Of a stretch of DNA of 44,752 bases, positions 25,036 to 35,982 are shown in pieces. The translations under genes were made by a program, and so were the position numbers. Each line of letters starts with the position of its first letter. Position 1 is the stretch's first letter. Under the pieces are notes generated by a model. The model had not been told where the DNA came from. It ran no database searches and saw only the letters and a program-made list of their open reading frames with translations. The stretch is taken from contig NC_092214.1 in NCBI RefSeq assembly GCF_043381705.1, positions 2,460,096-2,504,847 on the forward strand. Reading direction: 5' to 3'. Source of the DNA: Parasteatoda tepidariorum. Lineage: Eukaryota.

Positions 25036-25499
25036 TAAACTAGCTCATTCTAAGTGAAATTGACCCAAATAAAAATAAGTCTCAGTGTGGTCATGTCGCA
25101 GATTTTCATGACAATTTTTGTAGAAAAACAACTAAAATAATTTTTTCAAAATATTGAACTAAAACTAATGTTAGGCCATTTTGAAATTTGACTCAATTTA
25201 AGGAAATTGTGTAACTCTAGATGGTGGCTCTTTTGTTGAAAGTATCCATATCTTTCTTATTTATAAGCTAATTTTCTTAATTTTGGTATCATTATAAAAG
25301 AAAGGTCGACACAACACTATGCAATTACACTATCAAAATGTAATAATTTTTTTAAAAAATTTATTAGTTTTTTTATCTTCAAATTTTAAGAATTTCTTAA
25401 TAAGAAGTAACTTGCACCACCTAATTTTTTCCTCATTATGTTAAATACTATGTTATGTTACTGTTAAGCATATGAAAATCAAGTGAATGTTTTTTGTCT

Positions 25500-26366
25500 A
25501 AATAAATAAAAAATGATTTTCAACAAAAATTCTTCAAGATTTTTTTTTAGCACAAAAACAATATTTCGTAGCCTTAAGAGTTTTTTCTTTATAATATTGA
25601 CTATATTTTTCCATATAAAAATAAAATGGGGATTTTCTGTTTTTGTCATTAAAAAAACAAAAAATGGTTTTTTGCCAAAATACATAAAGATTTCCTTATA
25701 ATAACAAGACAGTTTATTGACCTCAATTTTTTTTCTTCTGTTGTTTAATGTCATCTTTTTCAATTTGAAAAATATCAAAAGGGTTTTTTTTTTTTTTGGT
25801 CAGTGAAAATATGAAAACTGTTTCTTAGTCTTAATTTCTTGTTGCTTAATTTCTTATAGCACAAAAACTTTCTTGACTTCAATTGTTTTTCTTTTCTTTT
25901 TTTTGCAACTTGAAATGTTGTATTTTTCACTCTAAAAAATTAGGAAGTATTTTTTGTCTTAAAAAGGATAAAAAGTGTTTTTTTTATTAGCCAAAATTAA
26001 AAATTTTTATAGCACGAAAACAAAGTTTCTTGTTGTCATTTTTACATATATAATATTAAATGTTATACTTTTCAGCAAGAAAGAAGTTAAAAAAGTTTTT
26101 GGTTTTGGTCCTTAAAATAATAAAAAGTGATTTTTAGTCCAAATACTTAAAAAAAAATGTAGGTGAAATAACGAAGTTCTCCAATCTCAATAAAAAAAAC
26201 ACCTTCTTAGTTTTTTTTTCTATATTGAAAAATATAGCATTTTACATTATGAGAAAAAAAAATTTAAGGTCAAGAAACTTTGTCTTTGTGCTATTGAAAA
26301 ATCTTTGACTATTTTAGCTAAAAATCACTTTTTTTTAATATCCAAAAACAAAAAAAACCCAGTTGT

Positions 26367-26397
<31 letters not shown>

Positions 26398-26560
26398 CTT
26401 TAAAAGGCTCAGAAAGGCTTTATATACATATCTTATCAGAAAACGACTTTTTTATGAAAAAAAAAATACCCTCTTGATTTTTTTTTGTTAAAAAGTATAT
26501 TTAACATTTTGAGAAAAAAGAAACTGAGGTTGTGAAAGTTGTTACTTCCCAATATTAAAT
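25500..26560. repeat. Array of degenerate AT-rich repeat units in both direct and inverted orientation
   Basis: Direct copies: T(T/A)TAGCAC(A/G)AAAAC.. at 25546, 25853 and 26007. Inverted copy: 26267..26345 (AGGTCAAGAAACTTTGTCTTTGTGCTATTG...GCTAAAAATCACTTTTTT) is the reverse complement of 25955..26036. Also (TA)13 at 26367..26392. Confidence 0.5.
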
Positions 26561-29500
26561 TCTTGAAATTTGCAGAAAATTTCTTTGAAAAGTTACATGA
26601 TTAAAAAATTATCCTTATATTTTCAACATTTCAGTAGCTTAGTGTTGATTTTTTTTTCTAATGAAAGAAAAATTAAAATAATTGGCTCATAAATAAAAGA
26701 AAAGATATAGACATTTTTAAAATATTTACCACCATCTGTAGTTATGTCATTTTCTTAATTTAAGTCAAATTTCAAAATGACCCTCTAACTATAGTTTTGA
26801 TTCAAAAATTCTAAAAAAAATTAGCCATTTTTCATCAAAAACTTTTCATGAAAATCTGCGATATTACGTCAAGAGCCATTGGTGGATTTCACTTTGAATA
26901 AGCACACGAAAGTTGCATATTGTTAATATATATACTTATGAGGAATTAAATTTTTGTGTTTAACTACATTAATACCTCTTGTTAGCATTTCTAATAATGA
27001 TATTTTCTATGTAATGTATGAAAATACAATTAGTAGAACAGGAGTCTTCTTTTTTTAAGGGGCTTCTTTTGTTTTTTAAGTCTATCTTTGTCTACTGGCC
27101 ATGCTTTCATACAGCTGACTCAGATTTTTCAAATATTTTAAGCACCGAATCAAAGTAATAGTATAATTTAGACAGTTTGGTCTAGTATTGCATCACACTA
27201 CACCAAACATCTAATTTAAATTTTTATTCTTTATGCTATGAGAGAAATTAATAGGAAAGGATTAGATATGGTGAAATGTGCAGTTTTTCTCACTCTGGAA
27301 ATAAATAAGATTCAGGATAATAAAAAAAATTTTTTTATCCTTTTTTTTGATAAAAATTTTTTTTTTATCCAAAAAAAAGTTTTTTTTTCATGGTTTAACC
27401 CAGTTTTTTTTTTTTTTTGATTTATTTAAAATTTTATAGTATTATAAGTATTTCAAAGAAATTGTTTTAACTAATGATTAATATTTTAATAAAAATTACA
27501 GAGATATTCACTTTTGTTCCTAATTAAGTGAACATGATAAAAAATACTATAATAACTAAAGATTTCTAGTATTTATTGCTACTTCACTTACCACGCAAAT
27601 AACCATTTAATATCAAAAAATTTTTTAGTATTGCATGTATGTAAAAGTTATTTAACCTCTGTAATTGTTAGTATATAAGGAAATGTGATTCAGAACTATT
27701 TATATTAATGTTCTTATTTTAAAGTATACAAATTATTGTATTAATATTAATTAATTGTTCTGAAATATACTTTTGTTTTTCATTTATTGAATCAAAACAT
27801 ATTTTAATATGAATGAGAGTGAGATATTCAAGGCAATAAATTTTTTTTTAATTCAAAATATTTAAAATTCTTAGATAAATGAAAACAAATGAAAAAGAAA
27901 AATGTGCATAAATAAAACATATTAAATAGTAAAGGTATGTTACAGTACAAACTGTTTGAAAAATGAAGAATAAATTACTTTTTTATTGTTTATTTTAACA
28001 TGATGGATCTCTAAATTTAACAATATTCTTATTGACTTATTGTAACATTCAATAATTAAGAAAATATACTTTAAAAATATTTTTAGTTCATTTAATATTT
28101 TTTTCTTTAACAGTTTTTTATATAATATAAAAAATGTAATTTGACAATAATAAACATAAACGTGCTGTATTTATACAATACAAATTTGTTTACACTGGCA
28201 GAAAATAATTCTAAAATTAAACTGAAAAAAATAAAATGTAGAAAACACTTCATTCCTATTTATACTTTTGATTGCAGCAAACATAATGAATTTAAGAAGC
28301 ATTTAAAAGTAAACTTTGAGAAACTTGAACTCTGTTAATAATTGCATTGTTTTGCTAATTTTAGAAACTACAGAACATGGGATGTCTATTAAATTTTAAG
28401 CATTTGAGAGAGGTTGATGTAATTCTAAATTTGCTCACATTATTTACCATCAAGGATGGCAAGTTTCTACCACTTCCAGAAAACTTCCCCGTAAGAAATA
28501 AGTTTTGGGAACCGAACTCTTTTTTTGTTAGAAAAGAAATATGACATATTTAAAAAATTTATAATTGCAATCCAGTTTAAGTATTAGTATTAATTTTCAA
28601 GCTATTTTTTTGTATCTCTTTTAAACAAGTTAAAACTAAAATGTAGAAAAAAATCAGGGAAATTTTTTGTATGAAATTTTTAAAAAATTAAAATAACTAG
28701 CTTTTCAATATTTTATGTTATACAATATTGCAATACTTAATTAAATATATAAAAAAACAATTAAAATAACATAATCAAGTTTTATTAATACCACTGAGTT
28801 AATAAATCATATACTAAACATATATATTACTAAAAACTTTCTTTATACATAGGTGGACCTGTGAAAAAAAAGAAATGCAAGAAGAAGCTTGGTGGCAGTC
28901 CTAAATGTAAACAGGGTGCGTAGCATTTTTAAAAAGTGCTTAAAAATGCTTATTTTTGATTTACGTTTTTCAAAAGCCCTTAAAAGTGCTTTTTTATTTG
29001 GTGTTTGTAATAAGTGCTTAATTTTTTTATCTTTTAAGAAGAGAATTTTTCTTTGCCATATCGATTGTCGTTCTAAATTACAAAAAATTCATGTTTTTTA
29101 TAATTTTCTCTGCAATATTTATCAGAAATTAGTTATTTTATCATGATTATGTAAAGTTTTTGAAAATGTTTTTGAGTTTTAGTGATTTTATGTTTATAAA
29201 TTAAGAACTTAAACCATAGAAAAAAAATTTTGTTACTGCACAGATCCTAGTTATGATTTTTGTTTTTTGAAAGTGATTAAAAATATTTTTTGAATGCTTA
29301 AAAAGTGCTTATTCTTTGATGAAAAATCTGGCTACGCAACCTGGTAAAATTATCCATAAGCCTGTCTTTCTCATTACAAAGTAGATAAAAAGTTTTATCT
29401 ACAATTATGGTTTAAGTTAAAGCTATAGGGGAGAGGGGAGCTAGCATGGATATTTTTACAAATTTGTCAGAAAAGCAAATTTAATATAGTTTTTAACTAA

Positions 29501-31293
29501 TGAAATATTTTTTAATATATTTAGGAATTATCAAGTTGTTTAATATGCCATAAGAATTTTTTTAAACAGGTGATTTATCCATACTTGCCCTACTACACAG
29601 GGCTAGAGTGGGCAATCTTGTTAACTTATTAAGTAGTCATTTAGTCCTTTATTACAATTAAGAAAGGTATATCTAAAGCTAAAATGAAATTAATATTAAT
29701 CTAAGGTAAATATTGGCATACTTTAATTAAAATACTAATTCATAATAGAGAATTTTGCTATTATACGAAAAGTATTTTAAACACAAATCAATACATCTGA
29801 AAGCAATTTTTCATTTTGATTAAAGTGTGTATGAAAATGCAGTTCTTGTAGTTCTACTAGTTTCTGCTTTAATTTAATGATGAAATGGTTTAAATGAACA
29901 ACACACAAAGTGCATGACTTAGCAATATTTCCCTCCCTGGAGCAATGTAAACAACTCACTGAACAGAAAATGGTTTCATTTGCTGATGTTTTGTTTCAAT
30001 TTAATGTGTGACAAAAAATAAAACATTAAATATTGATAAATTATTCAACATAAAATATTAATATTAAGGACTTTATTTTCTTTAATTCATCTATATTATA
30101 TTCTTTTAAAAAACTTTCAACTTTCTTAAATTTTTTTAAAAGTGGTTTAATAAAGTTTTGTGCTAAATTTTTTACTTGAGATTGTAAGCACTATTTTGTA
30201 ACGTTATATAGTTCTACAAAATCATGCTAATTTAAAAGATAAATAACATCAAAAGTATTACATTTGTAACCAATTAATATTTCTTCAATTGTTGAATGGT
30301 GCCCAATGTCAATGCCCACCATCATGTGCGAACACTAGCACCTCGATGACATGTGTTTGTTTATGCTTAATGCTGGTTAGTTGAAACTAAACAGAGCAAG
30401 TTAATATTAAAATTGGTTAAAAAGAAACAGTAATATCATATATTATGTGAAAATTCTGAAAATGTTAATGTTAATAAATGAAAATATGTTAATAAAAAAG
30501 TAAAGGGAAAATTTGAAAGTTACTTTTGCACCTTAACCTTCTTTTCAAACTAGTACCTTCTGTTACAAAGTATTTTATTAAACCTTTAAGTTTTCTTTAA
30601 AATTAAACCTTCTTTTTACAAGGTATTTACTGTGTGATTATGCAACTTCTGATGGAAGTATTCATCAATGTTACGAATCAACGATCTCTCAAATCTCACA
30701 GGGGAAATTTGACCAATAAATGAAAATTATTCAAGATGTCTACTCTAGCCTCATGCCAATCTCTCCTCTATTTGTATTTTTTTTTAACTTGCATCAAACT
30801 TTACTTTTAAATAAGGTTTGTTATTACAGCATTTTAACTCAGAATAGCATTTAAGTTTTTTTATTCAGCACTAGATAAAGTGTTTTACCTGTTATAATTT
30901 GTATTGAAATTCCACTTATTTTTTTTACTTACCTTTGACTTTATTATTAAGTAAAGACTCTATTATTGACTTTATTAGTAATTCACAATTTGAAATTTCT
31001 AGCATTTATACCAATAATATTTGGAATTTGAGACTTATATTACAGTATATCATGAATATCCAAACTTTTTACTCAAATGCATTTAATTGAATTAGCTAAA
31101 ATTATATCATTAAAGGTTCTTTTATAATTTCAAAATGGTCATTTATTTTTATAGCTTTAAAAACAATATTATCATTACTTAAAATAAAAATGTTGTTCTA
31201 CTCTTAATTTTAATTTATGGCTTTTATCAATTAGTTTAGATGAAGAACCTGAATTATTTCATAAATTTGATAGAAATATTATATCACTAATAG

Positions 31294-31482
31294 TTAAAAT
31301 ATTTTCATCACTAATATATCATTAATAGTTAAAATACTTTTAGATTTTTTTGTTGAACATTTAACATTATTTGTGGAATATTTACCTAAGTGAATTAATC
31401 TGTTTAATTTTTTTAAATAATATTTATCTTTCATCATATGAGAAGTAGTGCCAGAATCAAGAATCCATATTTTTTTAATCAA
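31294..31482 (-). mobile_element. Possible Ty1/copia protease remnant
   Basis: The ORF contains KKIWILDSGTTSHMM, which resembles the copia protease active-site block (W/Y)(I/L)LDSGA(S/T)xHM. Only about 20 aa are diagnostic and no flanking copia domains were found. Confidence 0.3.
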
Positions 31483-32349
31483 TTTTAATAGAATATTCTG
31501 ACTGTTCTTAGTCAGCTGTAGGTGTTTTTATAGTTTCTATACTAATTTAATAAGTTATTAAAAGTTGAAGAAAATTAGATTTGCAGGGCATATTTATCTT
31601 TTAGACAAAACTAGCCCAACTTTTCTGACTTGAGCTGATTGGTAAGCTAGAAGACAACCAAAACTTGCAATGGCTTAGCTTCATTAACACAGATTTTAAA
31701 GCAATTAAGATTTTGAACTGACAAGTTCAGGTGACAGAGAACAGCTAGAAGAAATGTTCTGTGGAAGACCCACCCCGAGCTTTTATACCAACGATAGTGA
31801 TTTTCATTTTCACAATTGAAATAAAGTTTTTAGAGTATGTTTGAATTTGAAGATCACTACTAGTCTAATCAGCATTTGAGAACTTGTTTCTGTTTTTGAA
31901 GATTTTATTTTCTCCTTTCTTTAGAAATGTTAAATTTATTAATGAAATAGCTAGTTTTTTCTATATGATTTGTCTTCTTGGAAATGTAGAACACTTTATT
32001 CATGTTATTTTTATTTCGTGTTTAGATACAGAAGGCTTCATTTTTCTCTGTAGAGTCATTCTTTTTTCTTTTTTTTTTGTAATTCTAGATATCTTTTGTG
32101 TCTAATGTCATCATAAATGTTAAAATTCTTATCAGGGAATTTTCAAAATTTCTTCAAGTTGTTTTTTTTCTATGTGTTTTTTAAATTCCCCAATTTTTGC
32201 CCATTTTTTTCTTTTTGTTCCATGAACAGTGTAATAAACTAATTCTCTTAATGAAATTTCAAGTCCTAAGCAAGATTTTAAGCAATTTCAAGTCCTATGC
32301 TTTTGATTTTTGTGCTAGCATCAATTTTCTGATTTTTCACTTTTCTAGA

Positions 32350-32782
32350 TGTATAAGTTTCGGTGATGGGAATGTAAGACTTTCAAATGAAACAATATGG
32401 CAATGAAACATCCTCTTTAATAGTAAAAGTTAACAAACCATCAAGAAACTTCACAAACTCCAATTAACAAGTTATTCGTTAAAAAAACATTAAAAGTTGT
32501 TATTAAAAGAACAATTAAAACTTAAACTTTTGATTGTAAATATCTCATACAGCAGGTGGGCGTCACCTGGTAGAAACGGGATATCAGGACGAAGTCTCAA
32601 ACACTGTACAACAACCCCTTTTCACTCCCTGCCTTGGCCGCCGGTTGATGCTCCTCCACCGGGATTCATCCGCGCAGGAACTATTTCGGTTCGTCCTCCT
32701 ACCTTCGGACTTCGATCCAATACTCGATCCTTCTACCTCGGTTTTCATGCTACCTCAGCTGTCGCAACCAACAGCCTCTACA
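32350..32782 (-). repeat. 3' LTR (in element orientation) of the gypsy-like element
   Basis: About 95% identical by eye to 36884..37307, with about 20 substitutions plus one indel of about 9 bp near 32540. It starts TGTATAAG and ends CTCTACA on the plus strand. Confidence 0.85.
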
Positions 32783-33586
32783 GTAGCCCCCTCCCAGCGC
32801 TAGTGAGACTTTTCCAGCACATTGCTGATACTTTCCCTGAAACTTAACTCGACGGCCTGGTCGTGTCTTAACCTCTTTTGGCATGTCACTAGGGTCTGGG
32901 ATAGTAGATTCCTCTGTAGATTCGCTCATAACTGTTGATTCGCTTTTAGGAAATATGTCCTGTTCACCTCGGGATACATATGCTGGTTTTAGATAATCCA
33001 CATTTACCGTAATTTCCCGCCCATGAATAAGAATCCTAAAAACCTTCTCCCCTCGACTCAGCACTTGAAATAGACCCTCGTATGGTGGCTGCAGGCCTTT
33101 TTTCAGGACATCGGTCCTCAGGAATACATGACTGCACGATGAAAGGTCTTTACTTACAAAAACTGCTCTATGACCCTGATGTCTGGACTTTACTGGCAGC
33201 AACTCCTGCATGGTCTCTTTGAGCTTTCCAACAAGGTTTGCGGGATCCGCTGTACCAGTAGACGGACATAAAAATTCTCCAGGCAGTCGTATCGGAGCTC
33301 CAGAAACCATTTCCGCTGTCGTTGCTTGCAAGTCTTCCTTCCATGCAGCTCTAAAACCTAAAAGAATCGTAGGTAAAACTCTGGTCCACTGACTTGTATT
33401 GTAGGCTCTAATCGCTCCCTTCATCTGTCTGTGAAATCTTTCCACTTGACCATTTCCTGCGGGATGATAAGGGCTTGTTCGATGACGAGCCGAACCCAGG
33501 AACTTAGTCAGGGCATCGAACAGTGAGGCTTCGAACTGTGTTCCCTGGTCTGTTGTGATGCATAGAGGTATTCCAAATCTAGCAAT
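32750..33586 (-). CDS. Integrase core and C-terminal GPY/F domain, same frame as 33587..35326 after the TGA
   Basis: Reading through the TGA gives IARFGIPLCITTDQGTQFEA...PYHPAGNGQVERFHRQMK (the DD..E core), then LQPPYEGLFQVL (GPY/F). The ORF ends in the PPT/LTR. Confidence 0.8.
   Translation of the reverse strand: MARFGIPLCITTDQGTQFEASLFDALTKFLGSARHRTSPYHPAGNGQVERFHRQMKGAIRAYNTSQWTRVLPTILLGFRAAWKEDLQATTAEMVSGAPIRLPGEFLCPSTGTADPANLVGKLKETMQELLPVKSRHQGHRAVFVSKDLSSCSHVFLRTDVLKKGLQPPYEGLFQVLSRGEKVFRILIHGREITVNVDYLKPAYVSRGEQDIFPKSESTVMSESTEESTIPDPSDMPKEVKTRPGRRVKFQGKYQQCAGKVSLALGGGYCRGCWLRQLR
32787..32795 (-). other. Polypurine tract GGGAGGGGG immediately upstream of the 3' LTR
   Basis: The minus strand reads CTGGGAGGGGGCTAC|TGTAGAGG.., where TGTAGAGG begins the LTR. 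Confidence 0.55.
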
Positions 33587-35326
33587 TCATCCAGCATAGA
33601 AAATCTCAGCAACCGATTTGGCTATTATATCTACGAGCGGGTAAACTTCTGGCCACTTGGGAAAACAGTTGACGCAAGTTAGACAATAGCGAAAACCTTC
33701 TGATGGCGGCAAGGGACCTACGATGTCGATGTGCACGTGCTGGAACCTGGAATTTGGTGGAACAAATGTACCAAGCTTGCTCTGCGTGTGACGTGTCACC
33801 TTAGAACGTTGGCAAGCTAAGCATTGCTGAGCCCATGTCCTAACATCTTTCTTTATACCAGGCCAAACATATCGCTCTTCCACCAACCTTATAGTAGCCT
33901 TAATACCTGGATGTGAAATAGAATGCAGTTTGGAAAAGACGTTTTTTCTGTCCACTTTCGGTACGAATGGTCGAATCCGTTTGGTAGATACATCACAAAA
34001 CAGTTCCACACCAGGATCACTTATTACGAATGGTTGAAGTACTAAAGATGAGTTACCGGTTTGAGCTAAAATTTCGGCTAGTTCCTGGTCACCTTTTTGG
34101 TTGTCAGCCATTTCTTGAAAATTGACGTGGGAAGGTGTTTCTATGGTAGCAATGTTTACTCGGGACAGCTCATCTGCAACCACATTATCTATTCCCTTCA
34201 CGTGCTGAATATCCGTAGTGAATTGGCCAATAAAATCCAAATGACGCCATTGTCTTGGCGAACACTTATCTTCCTTTTGTTTAAAGGCATATATAAGCGG
34301 CTTGTGGTCAGTGTAGATAGTAAACGGCCGACCCTCTACCATATGACGAAAGTATTTGACTGCCATGTACACAGCCAAGAGCTCTCTGTCGTAAGCACTA
34401 TACTTTTTTTGAGATGGTGCAAGCTTCTTTGAATAAAAACCAAGCGGTTGCCACTCTTTCTCGATCCACTGATGCAAAGCAGCACCCATCGCAGTATCTG
34501 AAGCGCCTACCACCATCGCCAACTGTGCATTCATGACAGGATGGTACAGCGTTGTTGAATTTGCCAATTCTTTCTCGCTCTTCACAAAGGCAGCAACTGC
34601 TTCCTCCGACCACTCGATCGCGCTTTTATCATTTTTCTTAGCACCTTTTAAATATTCCTTCAAAATTGCTTGAGTGTGGGCAGCTCTCGGTATGAATCTT
34701 CTATAAAAATTCAAGACTGCAAGAAATCGACGCAGCTCTCTAATTGTAACTGGTTGAGGAAAATCAGCAATTGCAGAAACTTTATCAGGAAGTGGAGTAA
34801 TACCCTTTTCCGTTACACAGTGCCCTAGGAATTCTACTGAAGACTGTCCCAGGACACATTTGCTTATGTTGAGTGTTACCCCATATTGAGCAAAACGTTG
34901 AAAAACTCTTTTTAAATGCATTAAATGTTCTTCTTCGTTCTTCAAAGCTACTAATACGTCATCAAAATAAGGTACACAAAATTCAAACTCATCTAAGACT
35001 TGATGAATGAAGCGTTGGAAAGTTGCGGCAGCATTTGATAATCCAAACGGCATATACAAAAACTCGAACAATCCAAACGGGGTTGTTACCGCAGTCTTTG
35101 GCACGTCTTTGCTACGCACCGGGATCTGATAATACGCTTTTTCCAGGTCCAAGGTAGAAAATATCCTTTTACCTTCCAAAACCTGAAAACAGTCTTGCAT
35201 GTGGGGAACAGGGTACCTATCTGGCACGGTCACACCATTGAGACGACGAAAATCACCACATGGTCGCCAGTCTTTTTTAGCACCATGTGCAACGGACTTG
35301 CCCAACAGCTTTTGGAAGGCTGACAA
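33587..35326 (-). CDS. Reverse transcriptase, RNase H and integrase N-terminal part, ending at an in-frame TGA
   Basis: Contains WRPCGDFRRLN; YQIPV..PFGLFEFLYMPFGLSNAAATFQR; YFDDVLV (the YxDD box); RNase H VVGASDTAMGAALHQ; the integrase zinc finger H..H..CLACQRSK; and HIDIVGPLP (the first D of the DDE triad). Confidence 0.85.
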   Translation of the reverse strand: MSAFQKLLGKSVAHGAKKDWRPCGDFRRLNGVTVPDRYPVPHMQDCFQVLEGKRIFSTLDLEKAYYQIPVRSKDVPKTAVTTPFGLFEFLYMPFGLSNAAATFQRFIHQVLDEFEFCVPYFDDVLVALKNEEEHLMHLKRVFQRFAQYGVTLNISKCVLGQSSVEFLGHCVTEKGITPLPDKVSAIADFPQPVTIRELRRFLAVLNFYRRFIPRAAHTQAILKEYLKGAKKNDKSAIEWSEEAVAAFVKSEKELANSTTLYHPVMNAQLAMVVGASDTAMGAALHQWIEKEWQPLGFYSKKLAPSQKKYSAYDRELLAVYMAVKYFRHMVEGRPFTIYTDHKPLIYAFKQKEDKCSPRQWRHLDFIGQFTTDIQHVKGIDNVVADELSRVNIATIETPSHVNFQEMADNQKGDQELAEILAQTGNSSLVLQPFVISDPGVELFCDVSTKRIRPFVPKVDRKNVFSKLHSISHPGIKATIRLVEERYVWPGIKKDVRTWAQQCLACQRSKVTRHTQSKLGTFVPPNSRFQHVHIDIVGPLPPSEGFRYCLTCVNCFPKWPEVYPLVDIIAKSVAEIFYAG

Positions 35327-35628
35327 ACCCCTGATGCTACCAGAAATTCAAACTCTTGTTTTGCAGCCTTCAACTTATCTGGCGATAAACGTCGAGGTTT
35401 CGAAAAAACAGGAGGTCCTTTTGTGTGCATCCAATGTTCTACTCCATGCTTAACTTTTCTTGGCGTGACACCTGACCTAATCAGAGCAGGAAATTCTGAG
35501 AACAAATTGTGGAATTTAGAGTTCTCTAAAATTACCTTTACCATTGAAGCATTCCCAGCATACCGGGTACCTCTTGTTTGCAACTTGGTCAAAGGATCAA
35601 TTACTGCAGCATTTTTGACGTCTACTAA
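35230..35628 (-). pseudogene. pol segment: protease C-terminus and reverse transcriptase N-terminus, ending at a frameshift
   Basis: ..KLKAAKQEFEFLVASGVCQPSKSCWASPLHMVLKK is the conserved RT N-terminal block. The expected continuation WRPCGDFRRLN is in the -1 frame. The shift falls inside the A6 run at plus 35273..35278 (T6 on the plus strand). Confidence 0.7.
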
Positions 35629-35982
35629 TTACCCAAAATTGCGTAAGAAGTCAGCTCCGATAATTGAATGAGGCACGGCAGCGATGATAAAAGGCCAGCT
35701 GAACTCTCCTCTGAGTCCGAGGTCTAATTTCAACAGGCGTTGGCCAAACTTTGGAATCGTCGAACCATTTGCGGTGAACAATTTCATCTGAGAAGACTGG
35801 TCGCTAGATGCATAGGCAGCACGAGGTATCACAGATATGTCAGCTCCCGTATCGATGAGATAACGTGAGGATGTAGACTTGTCCGTCAGATAAAGTCGCT
35901 GAATCATCACTTCGCCGTCACCCTTTTGACTGGATGACGGCCTCAGCAGTTTTCCGGTAAGAATGAACATGGAGGTCTGCAT
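35629..35982 (-). CDS. Retroviral-type aspartic protease, start of pol, closed by an in-frame TAA
   Basis: Carries LIDTGADISVIP, the D(T/S)G active site, and IIGADFLRNFG. The same frame reopens straight after TAA (35629..35631) with LVDVKN.., the usual protease-to-RT junction. Confidence 0.75.
   Translation of the reverse strand: MQTSMFILTGKLLRPSSSQKGDGEVMIQRLYLTDKSTSSRYLIDTGADISVIPRAAYASSDQSSQMKLFTANGSTIPKFGQRLLKLDLGLRGEFSWPFIIAAVPHSIIGADFLRNFG

Noticed and set aside
25479-25778. Overlapping ORFs 25479..25778 (-) and 25513..25701 (+), and similar ones at 15084..15359, 27238..27420 and 31884..32105
   Set aside because: They lie in low-complexity A/T repeat DNA. The proteins are poly-F/K/I/L artefacts of AT richness.
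32497-32847. Plus-strand ORF of 116 aa and its near-twin 37031..37342 (103 aa)
   Set aside because: Both lie entirely inside the two LTR copies and are just the LTR read in one frame. The duplication of the 'protein' simply reflects LTR identity.
34097-35671. Plus-strand ORFs antisense to the retroelement pol (34097..34432, 35199..35453, 35423..35671), and 34398..34613 on the minus strand
   Set aside because: They are antisense or off-frame to a well-supported RT/IN reading frame and show no motifs. They are typical spurious ORFs in GC-richer transposon DNA.
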